The notes beneath the pieces were generated by a model that worked only from the letters and a program-made list of their open reading frames with translations, searched no databases and had not been told where the DNA came from. Source: a virus. From it: 51,160 nt of DNA. Position numbers and translations under genes: made by a program. Positions 36,570 to 43,978 of the stretch are shown here, one piece after another (the stretch's first letter is position 1; each line of letters begins with the position of its first letter). The stretch is from positions 1 through 51,160 of the IMG/VR virus record IMGVR_UViG_3300037742_000043, one strand, 5' to 3'.

Positions 36570-36870
36570 CTACGACTCACACGCGCAAACAGAATACTGG
36601 CATCGGCGGACATTAGGTCGAGCTGAGCCGCCCGACTCGCCGCCCGATGATCCATTAAAAGAAGAAGAATTCTGCATAAGATGCGACAATCCTCTTGGTG
36701 ACGGCGATGATAATAAATTATGCGAAGCTTGCATCGAGGAAGAAGACGACGATGCAGAATGCCCCGACTGTGGCGAGCCAGTAGACAACGATGGAGATTA
36801 CTGCGACGCATGTTTGGATGATGAAGATGACGACCTTGAAATCGACTTCAATGATGACGATGACCTATGA
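36559..36870 (+). CDS. highly acidic double zinc-ribbon protein, 103 aa
   Basis: CIRC...CEAC and CPDC...CDAC pairs embedded in D/E runs. Confidence 0.6.
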   Translation: MDSDYDSHAQTEYWHRRTLGRAEPPDSPPDDPLKEEEFCIRCDNPLGDGDDNKLCEACIEEEDDDAECPDCGEPVDNDGDYCDACLDDEDDDLEIDFNDDDDL

Positions 36871-37064
36871 GCCCAAACAGATCAATGGTGATGGTTCATC
36901 TCTTTGTCGGACTTTTGACCATCACCCTCATCATCCTCAAACTAACATCAGTCCTCTCATGGTCATGGCTCTGGATTCTCGCTCCAATCTGGCTCGACCT
37001 TCTCACTCACATCATCCTTCTCCTCTTCGTCTTCATCCTCGCCCTCCTCGTAGACAAGCGATAG
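36867..37064 (+). CDS. small membrane protein, 65 aa
   Basis: ATGA coupling, almost entirely hydrophobic. Confidence 0.55.
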   Translation: MSPNRSMVMVHLFVGLLTITLIILKLTSVLSWSWLWILAPIWLDLLTHIILLLFVFILALLVDKR

Positions 37065-37105
37065 ATGCTAAATAATCACATAAAATCATTCTTTAGGAGA
37101 CTTAA

Positions 37106-37384
37106 ATGACAGAAATTCCTACTCCAACCTGCGAAGAAATTTGGGAAGGACAAGAAGATACATATCTTCCAGTAAGTAAGAAGCTTGACGACTCGTGGAG
37201 ACACGGTAACAGAGTTACTGAAGTGTTTCACCGACCAGCAGATGACACATACTGGCGAGTTCACTACCGTAAGAGCGGTGACGGAGAAGCAAACGAGTTT
37301 CGAGAAGGTGATGCAGACATCTTGCAGGTGTTTCCACACACTAAGACTGTTGAAGTAACAGAATACTTGTCAAAGCCATGCTAA
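37106..37384 (+). CDS. hypothetical protein, 92 aa
   Basis: Track ORF. Confidence 0.6.
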   Translation: MTEIPTPTCEEIWEGQEDTYLPVSKKLDDSWRHGNRVTEVFHRPADDTYWRVHYRKSGDGEANEFREGDADILQVFPHTKTVEVTEYLSKPC

Positions 37385-37437
37385 TTCATGACGTGCCAAA
37401 GAGAAGGTTTCTTGATACAATACTTGATGCGACTTGA
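37378..37437 (+). pseudogene. degenerate duplicate of the 5' end of the 37954 nuclease gene (19 codons)
   Basis: MLIHDVPKRRFL here against MLIHDIPKRKFL at 37954. The ATG overlaps the upstream stop (ATGCTAA). A frameshift follows CTTGA. Confidence 0.6.
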
Positions 37438-37953
37438 TATGGTGATTTATGCTAAACAGAGTTCAAGTATCTTGGACACCAAAACGAAAAGAACTTAGAA
37501 AGGCAGCTCACGCACGTCAGAACGGAAGATGTAAGATTTGCGGGCATAAGCAGAAACTTAAAAAAATGTCTCTACATCATATCATTCATAGAGAACATGG
37601 TGGAGCAGACTCTTATGAAAACACAGTAGTTCTATGTCTTCCATGTCATCAGAAGATTCATAACAATAAGGAGAAGAAATGATTCTCGAAGCATTACTCA
37701 CAATAAAATTCGATTTAGAGATAACAGAACTTAAATTTTTCTATGTTGATTCTAAGTTTCGGTGCGCCATAGAAAAGAACGAAGTTTTCCCATATCTTCT
37801 ATGGTTAACTGAATACTTCAAAAAAGATGTTGAACACAAGCTCACCATTGAACAAATGATGCAAGACTTTCCTGATAAGGCGCAAGATGTAAGTTCTTTG
37901 GACGGACACATGAAACCATCTTACGCATGGACTATTCTTAAACAAGACGAATA
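37438..37953 (+). mobile_element. free-standing HNH endonuclease cassette (HNH plus a 91-aa ORF)
   Basis: Flanked by the two copies of the nuclease 5' end. AT-richer than its surroundings by eye. Confidence 0.55.
37449..37682 (+). CDS. HNH endonuclease, 77 aa
   Basis: CKICGH...LHHIIHREHGG...N...LCLPCHQKIH. Confidence 0.8.
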   Translation: MLNRVQVSWTPKRKELRKAAHARQNGRCKICGHKQKLKKMSLHHIIHREHGGADSYENTVVLCLPCHQKIHNNKEKK

Positions 37954-37954
37954 A
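37679..37954 (+). CDS. hypothetical protein, 91 aa
   Basis: ATGA coupling to the HNH gene, TAATG overlap with the nuclease gene. Confidence 0.55.
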   Translation: MILEALLTIKFDLEITELKFFYVDSKFRCAIEKNEVFPYLLWLTEYFKKDVEHKLTIEQMMQDFPDKAQDVSSLDGHMKPSYAWTILKQDE

Positions 37955-38910
37955 TGTTAATCCACGACATACCAAAGCGAAAGTTTCTTCCGCAGCTTGA
38001 GCGAAGCGAGCCATTGATCAAAGACCACACCGCAACACAGTACTTTCGCGACTGTAAAAGGAAGTATTTCTACGCAATGGTGGCCGGGCGCAGACCAAAG
38101 TCTAGCGAGATGCAAAACATTTGGGATTGGGGCAGCGGAGTGCACAAGTTTATTGAAGAATACTCGATGCACTTTGACTATGACAAAGCAGTCGCCGCCG
38201 CCATTCCTGTCTCAGGATTCTTAAACAAGAATCGACTCCCTATGCCGAAAAAATGGGAGCATCTTGACAGCAGCAGATTCGAAGAGACAATGATAGCACT
38301 CGCCAAATTCTTCGATCAAGAGAAGAAGGATGGATATATTCATACAGAGAGTGTAGAAGCACCATTCAATCTTGAGCTGCCAGACGGCTCTGTCATTGGT
38401 GGACGAATGGATGCAGTGCTAAGATTCTCTGGTGGTCAGGTCTGGGTTCGTGATCACAAGACCTCAACCAAGCCCGCGATGTGGTTCATCAAAGGTCTCG
38501 ACCCGAACGATCAAGCCACACGCTACGTCTACGCCATGTCTCGTATGCTAGGCTGGAACAGCAAGGATCAGCAGGTATCAAAGAAAGCAAACGGCCTCGA
38601 ATACTTACTCATCAGCAACGAAGCGAATCTAGTCAAAGGCAAGCGCAAACCTCAAATCTCCCGTCATCCCATTACCAAGTCCAACGAACAACTTGTAAAC
38701 TGGGAACGACAGCAGATGTTCCGTCACATCGACATGGCCCTGCATCGTGAGCACGATGAATGGCCAATGGAAGAAGGGAGTCAATGTCAATGGTGCGACT
38801 ACGTATCAGTCTGCCGCGCACCGACAGAGGAGAACATGCGCCAACGACTTCAATCTGACTTCCTACACCAACCTTGGGATCATCAAACAGTGGAGCAGAA
38901 GGAGAGATAG
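37954..38910 (+). CDS. PD-(D/E)XK nuclease, Cas4/RecB-like, 318 aa
   Basis: N-terminal Cys (YFRDCKRKYFY), GRMDAV, VRDHKTS, QATRYVYA, and a C-terminal CQWCDYVSVC cluster. Confidence 0.75.
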   Translation: MLIHDIPKRKFLPQLERSEPLIKDHTATQYFRDCKRKYFYAMVAGRRPKSSEMQNIWDWGSGVHKFIEEYSMHFDYDKAVAAAIPVSGFLNKNRLPMPKKWEHLDSSRFEETMIALAKFFDQEKKDGYIHTESVEAPFNLELPDGSVIGGRMDAVLRFSGGQVWVRDHKTSTKPAMWFIKGLDPNDQATRYVYAMSRMLGWNSKDQQVSKKANGLEYLLISNEANLVKGKRKPQISRHPITKSNEQLVNWERQQMFRHIDMALHREHDEWPMEEGSQCQWCDYVSVCRAPTEENMRQRLQSDFLHQPWDHQTVEQKER

Positions 38911-38912
38911 TC

Positions 38913-39278
38913 ATGGGCAGATTTGATTATGTCTATTCCAAGATGCTAAGGCACAAAGCTCCACGCGCTACTGACTTTCAATCATGGCTTATGCAAAGCT
39001 TGACTGGTGATGTAGAGGTGATCAATCAGGCGAGAGAGAACGTAATAAAGGCGAGTGAAAACTTTCAACGACAAGACGAGCCTAGCTTTCCCAACAAGAT
39101 ATGTTGGTGTAATGCAACACAACAGTATGTTCAACAACGCACTGGCATCTATAAACTTACTCTCGGTATACCTAACGAACCACTCATCTGCATCTGGTGC
39201 AAGCGACCAACCACGACTGACGTATGCTCAGGCTGTGGCGGAGCAGGGACTCAACTTAACAATCAAAAGGAGAAATAA
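38913..39278 (+). CDS. Cys-rich protein sharing an N-terminal motif with the Q/N-rich virion protein, 121 aa
   Basis: Start moved to ATG 38913 (GGAGAG RBS). CWC...CIWC...CSGCGG. Confidence 0.55.
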   Translation: MGRFDYVYSKMLRHKAPRATDFQSWLMQSLTGDVEVINQARENVIKASENFQRQDEPSFPNKICWCNATQQYVQQRTGIYKLTLGIPNEPLICIWCKRPTTTDVCSGCGGAGTQLNNQKEK

Positions 39279-39506
39279 ATGAAAGACTGGATAGAAGTAA
39301 AAGAACCAATGACAGGAAGAATGCGCTACCTTCGCGTCTCCTCCATAGTCAGCATATGTGACCTTGATGAAAACGATGCGCCGAGTTGCGTCCTACACAT
39401 CGCTCACAGTCCGAATCAAAAACTTAACATTTCTGCTGAAGACTTCATGAACAGTCTCGAAGAAAACGATGAAGAAATTGTGGAAGAAACATGGGAAGAT
39501 TCATGA
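39279..39506 (+). CDS. hypothetical acidic protein, 75 aa
   Basis: Track ORF. Confidence 0.55.
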   Translation: MKDWIEVKEPMTGRMRYLRVSSIVSICDLDENDAPSCVLHIAHSPNQKLNISAEDFMNSLEENDEEIVEETWEDS

Positions 39507-39694
39507 TCGACAACCTTCTATCCCTAAAGGACCGACTCAGCAGAATCCAATGGCCGAACGATACAACAACCATCAGCCTTGCCATTGACATAGAAGGAGA
39601 CTTTCGATACTGTCTCGACTCTATCCGCTCTGTCCGCGACGACGAGACAAATCAAGTCGAAGTGATCTTGAAGATTAAACGGAGAGAAGCATGA
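39503..39694 (+). CDS. hypothetical protein, 63 aa
   Basis: ATGA coupling at 39503. Confidence 0.5.
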   Translation: MIDNLLSLKDRLSRIQWPNDTTTISLAIDIEGDFRYCLDSIRSVRDDETNQVEVILKIKRREA

Positions 39695-39855
39695 CCTTAC
39701 GAGAATTCCAATCCCAACTTGAACGGTGGATCATGTCGCAAGAAGATCCAGAAGCTGTTCGTGATTACGAAATTATTTGGGCGGATTTTGGCGGCGTTCG
39801 TAATGTTGACTTCCGCACAGATCATGAAACACAGACAATCATTATGGCAGACTAA
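39691..39855 (+). CDS. MTL-family small protein, paralog 4, 54 aa
   Basis: Read by hand. ATGA coupling. MTLREFQSQLERWI... Confidence 0.5.
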   Translation: MTLREFQSQLERWIMSQEDPEAVRDYEIIWADFGGVRNVDFRTDHETQTIIMAD

Positions 39856-39857
39856 TC

Positions 39858-40034
39858 ATGACACTCCTCGAATTCCAAGCCATGATCAACGAGTATGTAA
39901 AGAAGCATCCGGAGCATCATCATATTGAAGTCGAAGATCAAGAAGGGCAGCCTCCAGACTCACTTGTCCTCACAAAGGCCATGATAACTACTGACACACA
40001 AGTTCCATATCCTGCATACTTGACTCTGCGATGA
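39858..40034 (+). CDS. MTL-family small protein, paralog 5, 58 aa
   Basis: Read by hand. MTLLEFQAMINEYVKKHPE... ATGA coupling to the next gene. Confidence 0.5.
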   Translation: MTLLEFQAMINEYVKKHPEHHHIEVEDQEGQPPDSLVLTKAMITTDTQVPYPAYLTLR

Positions 40035-40933
40035 AACTAAGCCAACTCAAACTATCCGAAGCCATTATCATGATGGTGTATGCGGAGCCGAAGATCGGGA
40101 AGAGTCATTTTGCAGCAACAGCAGCGGAGACAGACAGGATTGTTATCATCACCGACCTCAACGGTATCGAAACATACGCTGGCGCAGCGATCCGCAAGCA
40201 GTTTCCCAAGCTCGATGAGAACAACATTGAAGTAGAAATCATCACAAGGGATGGCAGTCTTAGTCAAGCCAAAGCATTCCAACAAATCAACGATGTCCTT
40301 CGCGAATACTTCGAACAGAAGCTCGACAAGTTCGACACGATTGTTATTGATGACAGCAGCTTCGTCAAGAATCAGGCCCGCAACCTAGCAATCAAGATCA
40401 ACGGCACATCTGGCCGCTCTTCCACCTACGACAAGGCCCTGAAGGACAACAAACCATCCTTCAACAACATCTCAGTCCTAGAAGAATCAGACTTCGGTCG
40501 TGAGATGGAGATGGTAGCGAACTTCTTCGAAGAACTGACCTCCATGTGCCGCAAGCATGGAAAGAACCTTATCGTCTGTGCCCACGAAGCACAAATCTAT
40601 ATCAAAAAGAAGAACGATAAGGGTAAGGATGTTCCTACTCTAGATCGTCGCACCGCAGCATTCACAGGCAAGAAGGAACCAACAGCTACATCTCGATACT
40701 TTTCGATTGTTGCAAGGCTCACAGCCAAGGGCAAAGAAGCATCTCGCCAAATCGTCTTCCAATGTAAAGCCGACGACATCGTAGACGCTGGCGATCGTTT
40801 CGGAGTCCTGAACACTTACGAATACAATCTCACATGGAGGCAACTTAAGGAGAAGGTCGCAGCACAAGTCGCAGCAGTAGAGCCAGTTCGAATCAAGAAA
40901 GAAGAATCACCCACACCATCCACTCAAGCATAA
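40031..40933 (+). CDS. RecA-fold ATPase, Sak4/AAA_24-like, 300 aa
   Basis: Walker A AEPKIGKS, Walker B TIVIDDSS. Followed by a DUF669-like gene, as is usual for Sak4 modules. Confidence 0.7.
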   Translation: MKLSQLKLSEAIIMMVYAEPKIGKSHFAATAAETDRIVIITDLNGIETYAGAAIRKQFPKLDENNIEVEIITRDGSLSQAKAFQQINDVLREYFEQKLDKFDTIVIDDSSFVKNQARNLAIKINGTSGRSSTYDKALKDNKPSFNNISVLEESDFGREMEMVANFFEELTSMCRKHGKNLIVCAHEAQIYIKKKNDKGKDVPTLDRRTAAFTGKKEPTATSRYFSIVARLTAKGKEASRQIVFQCKADDIVDAGDRFGVLNTYEYNLTWRQLKEKVAAQVAAVEPVRIKKEESPTPSTQA

Positions 40934-40944
40934 CCAAACTACTC

Positions 40945-41475
40945 ATGGCAATTTTCAATCCATCCGCTTCAAAGTTCGACACAACATTCTTTGTCTGCCC
41001 AGAAGGCACGCATCGCTTTAAGATTCAAGGCTTCAAGATGCGACTCGGCAAATGGGGCACAGGTAAGATGCTCTTTATTGACGTAAGCACTCGGATCGAA
41101 GGTGGCGGCGCAGATCTTGATGGCAAGATGGTCACTATCAGTCAACAACTGGGCAACACTGATCCAGACAACGATCGCTTGCCACTGGACGAAACTGGCG
41201 CACCGATCTACGACTTCAAAACCATCGCCACAATCGCCCACGCCGCACTTGGCTATGGCAATAACGACAAAGCCGAAGACAAACGCTTTGAACAGCAGGA
41301 ATCAGACTTCATGTCCTCATTATCCTTTGATGATGAGACACTTGAACTGCCCGGCGCAGGTTGGGAACGTCTCAAAGACTGTTCCTTCAAGGCCACCGTC
41401 GTCCGCAACGCAGACAGGAAAGACCCGAACAAGATCTACGCCCGATTCAACTACATCTCACCAGTGAATGGTTAA
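40945..41475 (+). CDS. DUF669-like protein (putative ssDNA binding), 176 aa
   Basis: Position after the Sak4-like ATPase and a weak N-terminal pattern. Acidic C-terminal part. Confidence 0.4.
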   Translation: MAIFNPSASKFDTTFFVCPEGTHRFKIQGFKMRLGKWGTGKMLFIDVSTRIEGGGADLDGKMVTISQQLGNTDPDNDRLPLDETGAPIYDFKTIATIAHAALGYGNNDKAEDKRFEQQESDFMSSLSFDDETLELPGAGWERLKDCSFKATVVRNADRKDPNKIYARFNYISPVNG

Positions 41476-41483
41476 GATGTAAA

Positions 41484-41711
41484 AAAGGGCTCTCACATAA
41501 CACATCGTGAAACCTTCAAGTCTTTCGTCACTAGTCATGACAAACAAGAAAGATGACGTAACCACATGTTCCCTGTTATGAACCTCAACTGGCGTTTGGC
41601 ACATGGTTGAAGGCACCCATGAGGGTTTCCTGTATGTTCTCCGCCGATTAGGTAAAAGGCGCATGATTTCCGCTTCGCAGCAGCGCCTCCAGTTGAGGGA
41701 GAGAGCCCTTT
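41484..41711 (+). ncRNA. structured element with a three-way junction (class unknown)
   Basis: P1 41484-94/41701-11 (11 bp), P3 41496-502/41574-80 (7 bp), P2 41583-92/41689-98 (10 bp), all perfect, with linkers of 1, 2 and 2 nt. No ORF. Confidence 0.6.
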
Positions 41712-41871
41712 GTTGTTCATTAATGTACCAAAGTCAATCCCGAGTCATCCAAGGTAAATGACAGACGGAGAGATGGCCTTCTTATCTAGTTACTGCCGCT
41801 CAGACTGACGGTATGGAGTTATCATACTAGGTCTGCAATATTGTGGGATTAAACCAGATAGATAAGATGAA

Positions 41872-41952
41872 TGTGCGGCTTTGATGGAAAAGGCAATGAG
41901 AGATTAATCATCTCGAATGCGTAAACTGCGGGTTCGACTCCCGCCCGCACAG
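41872..41952 (+). tRNA. tRNA-like element (class II Leu(UAA)-like layout, non-canonical anticodon arm)
   Basis: 7-bp acceptor TGTGCGG/CCGCACA, T arm GCGGG-TTCGACT-CCCGC, 3-bp D stem with a GG loop, 13-nt variable region. The anticodon stem has a G-A mismatch and position 37 is U. Confidence 0.4.
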
Positions 41953-41987
41953 CTTTGCACCACAACTTTCACTTCATTACTACAACT

Positions 41988-42221
41988 ATGATTCACGACG
42001 GAAACGTATTCAATCGAGTCAACGACATTTGCGACGGACTTAAAGCCAAGATCGAACGAAAGATCAAGCCTCTCACATGGACTTATCACTCAGATCGAGA
42101 GGAGTTCTTTATCTCCTACGACGGCAGATTGCTTAGAGTTATTAAGTACAAAAATCTACTTAGTGAAACCGCAGTGGAACGAGAAATTAACTCTTTATAC
42201 CAAGACTTTCTCGACCGATGA
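41988..42221 (+). CDS. hypothetical protein, 77 aa
   Basis: Trimmed to ATG 41988. The track start (TTG 41955) abuts the tRNA-like element. Confidence 0.5.
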   Translation: MIHDGNVFNRVNDICDGLKAKIERKIKPLTWTYHSDREEFFISYDGRLLRVIKYKNLLSETAVEREINSLYQDFLDR

Positions 42222-42247
42222 ACTACAACCCTTCACTATTCACAAGG
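42218..42247 (+). pseudogene. degenerate duplicate of the 5' end of the 42449 gene
   Basis: ATGAACTACAACC is identical at 42218 and 42449, with similarity continuing about 15 nt further. The ATG overlaps the upstream stop (ATGA). Confidence 0.5.
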
Positions 42248-42254
42248 AGAAAGA

Positions 42255-42452
42255 ATGCAGGAAAAGGTTGCTGTTAGTTGTTTGATTTTTGGATTCGCTT
42301 GTTTGATCTTGGCCGTATCCTATGCAATAGGCACAGAAACATACTGCGCAGATCTAGCAGAAAGGCGTGCGAGATGGGGAGGAAGATTTGTATTATCTTC
42401 TCCGGTACTTTTCGTACTTGGCTTCTTACTGCTAACTTGGCAAGCAGAATGA
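42255..42452 (+). CDS. small membrane protein (2 predicted TM), 65 aa
   Basis: AAGGAGAAAG RBS, two hydrophobic segments. Confidence 0.6.
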   Translation: MQEKVAVSCLIFGFACLILAVSYAIGTETYCADLAERRARWGGRFVLSSPVLFVLGFLLLTWQAE

Positions 42453-42652
42453 ACTACAACCTCCCCACTTTCAAACACCCCACCATCACCACAAACATTC
42501 AATCCATCCTCCATGAGCATCTCCCGACAGAACATAACAGTCTCCTTGGGGAGATTGAGGCGATCACCGGACGACTTGCCGACCTTACAGCGGCGAAAGA
42601 GTACCTTGAAAAAGTTGCGGAAGCATGTGAGATACGCATTACTGTTGATTGA
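42449..42652 (+). CDS. hypothetical protein, 67 aa
   Basis: ATGA coupling at 42449. Confidence 0.55.
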   Translation: MNYNLPTFKHPTITTNIQSILHEHLPTEHNSLLGEIEAITGRLADLTAAKEYLEKVAEACEIRITVD

Positions 42653-42794
42653 CGAAGAAGATAAAACACAGTTCGTCAAAACCTATCTTCGCAAGCCAGC
42701 AATGGAGCAAGAATATCGAGAGATGAAGAACAATGGTACATCACATCTCAAACGCGCCAAAATCGAGATCGTTATCACGAAGGTGTATCCATGA
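42645..42794 (+). CDS. possible small protein (start uncertain)
   Basis: TTG at 42645 overlapping the upstream stop, or ATG at 42702. Fills the gap and is ATGA-coupled downstream. Confidence 0.3.
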   Translation: MIDEEDKTQFVKTYLRKPAMEQEYREMKNNGTSHLKRAKIEIVITKVYP

Positions 42795-42970
42795 TTAAGC
42801 TTCAAGGCTATGCTTATGCTTTCATAGCAGAGAAGCTTGAAGGCGGTGACGTAGATATATATAAAGACGATGACTCTGAAATGGGCGTTATAATTAGAGC
42901 TGATCAACTAGACAAGCTCATCGCCTTTCTTCAAAAAGTTCAAGAAGAAAACAAGAAGGAGAATCTGTGA
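42791..42970 (+). CDS. hypothetical protein, 59 aa (paralog of the next ORF)
   Basis: Read by hand. C-terminus LDKLIAFLQKVQEENKKE. Confidence 0.45.
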   Translation: MIKLQGYAYAFIAEKLEGGDVDIYKDDDSEMGVIIRADQLDKLIAFLQKVQEENKKENL

Positions 42971-43155
42971 ATACAATCATAGGTGAGTTGTTATGTACAA
43001 GAGAAGATGAAGAGGGCTTCGCACACATCGCTGACTGGAACTCTGGCTCAGAAGTTTGGATACCAAAACAGCACATCGAAGCCGTCATCACCTTCCTAAC
43101 CAAAGTCAAAGAGGAGAACGAGCGTTCTCTTAGCAGTACCAACAATCAACCATAA
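42967..43155 (+). CDS. hypothetical protein, 62 aa (paralog of the previous ORF)
   Basis: GTGA overlap. C-terminus IEAVITFLTKVKEENERS. Confidence 0.5.
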   Translation: MNTIIGELLCTREDEEGFAHIADWNSGSEVWIPKQHIEAVITFLTKVKEENERSLSSTNNQP

Positions 43156-43165
43156 GGAACCAATC

Positions 43166-43570
43166 ATGCCCATCACCAACGAAGACATCATGAAGAAGCT
43201 CGAAGAGATTCAGGCATCTGTAAAGCAAGTTAACGAATCAGTTATGACTTACTTGCTTGACGAAACAGTCACGTCTTCTCAACCTTTCGCAGTTACGCCA
43301 GTCGGGTCGATTAGTGAAATCGAAAGGTGGATTAAAGAAGAAAAGGCTTCTCAGGATCTGCCTGCCAACAACACTCCACCTGTCCCGCCTGAATTCCAAG
43401 TTGGCAAGCTTGTCTATCTCGCCCATGATCCAGAGAAGCGCCAAGTTCCAATCACGCAAATCGGTGACGGTATTGTCCATATCGACCTAACCGACGACCT
43501 AAAGTCCTTCATCAACAACCCTGACCATGGCGGATGGTTCTATCCCAGCAGCCTTATTCTTGTCAACTAA
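43166..43570 (+). CDS. hypothetical protein, 134 aa
   Basis: Track ORF. Confidence 0.6.
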   Translation: MPITNEDIMKKLEEIQASVKQVNESVMTYLLDETVTSSQPFAVTPVGSISEIERWIKEEKASQDLPANNTPPVPPEFQVGKLVYLAHDPEKRQVPITQIGDGIVHIDLTDDLKSFINNPDHGGWFYPSSLILVN

Positions 43571-43573
43571 TCC

Positions 43574-43978
43574 ATGCCACTATTCCCAATCGGAAAGCAA
43601 GTCCTAGTTCAGCTCATCCCTGTTTCATCCATGTTCACCGCCAACATCCATCGACCTGATACATTAACCAAGCAAAGCAATCAAGGAATCGTCAAAGCAA
43701 TAGGTCCAGATGTCGAGCACGTTCAAATCGGCTGGTATATCTGCTTCGAAGAGATGCGCGGATTGAATGTCGAAGACAAACATGGCAAGTACCATCTGGT
43801 CAACGAAGACGATGTAGAGTGTCGGATCGAGATTGAGCCGGAGATTATTCCCGGCCTTTGGCACATGGACGAACAAGGAGATCGCTTCGAAGCAACAACT
43901 GACTCCATCTTCTCCTGCATCATCGCGCATTTCGAATCGAAGCCAAGGATCGTACAATCAGTCAAGGAGAGTCGATGA
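43574..43978 (+). CDS. GroES/Cpn10-like co-chaperonin with a C-terminal extension, 134 aa
   Basis: PIGKQVLVQ..., QGIVKAIGPDV, VQIGWYICFEE...YHLVNEDDVECRIE parallels the GroES pattern (P..drVLV, G.V.AVG, v.vGD.V.f..y....e.dil..i). Confidence 0.5.
   Translation: MPLFPIGKQVLVQLIPVSSMFTANIHRPDTLTKQSNQGIVKAIGPDVEHVQIGWYICFEEMRGLNVEDKHGKYHLVNEDDVECRIEIEPEIIPGLWHMDEQGDRFEATTDSIFSCIIAHFESKPRIVQSVKESR

Noticed and set aside
39719-39928. 69-aa track ORF
   Set aside because: It is in the wrong frame. The same DNA is covered by two ATGA/RBS-linked MTL-family ORFs (39691-39855, 39858-40034) that are homologous to the 35256-35759 cluster.
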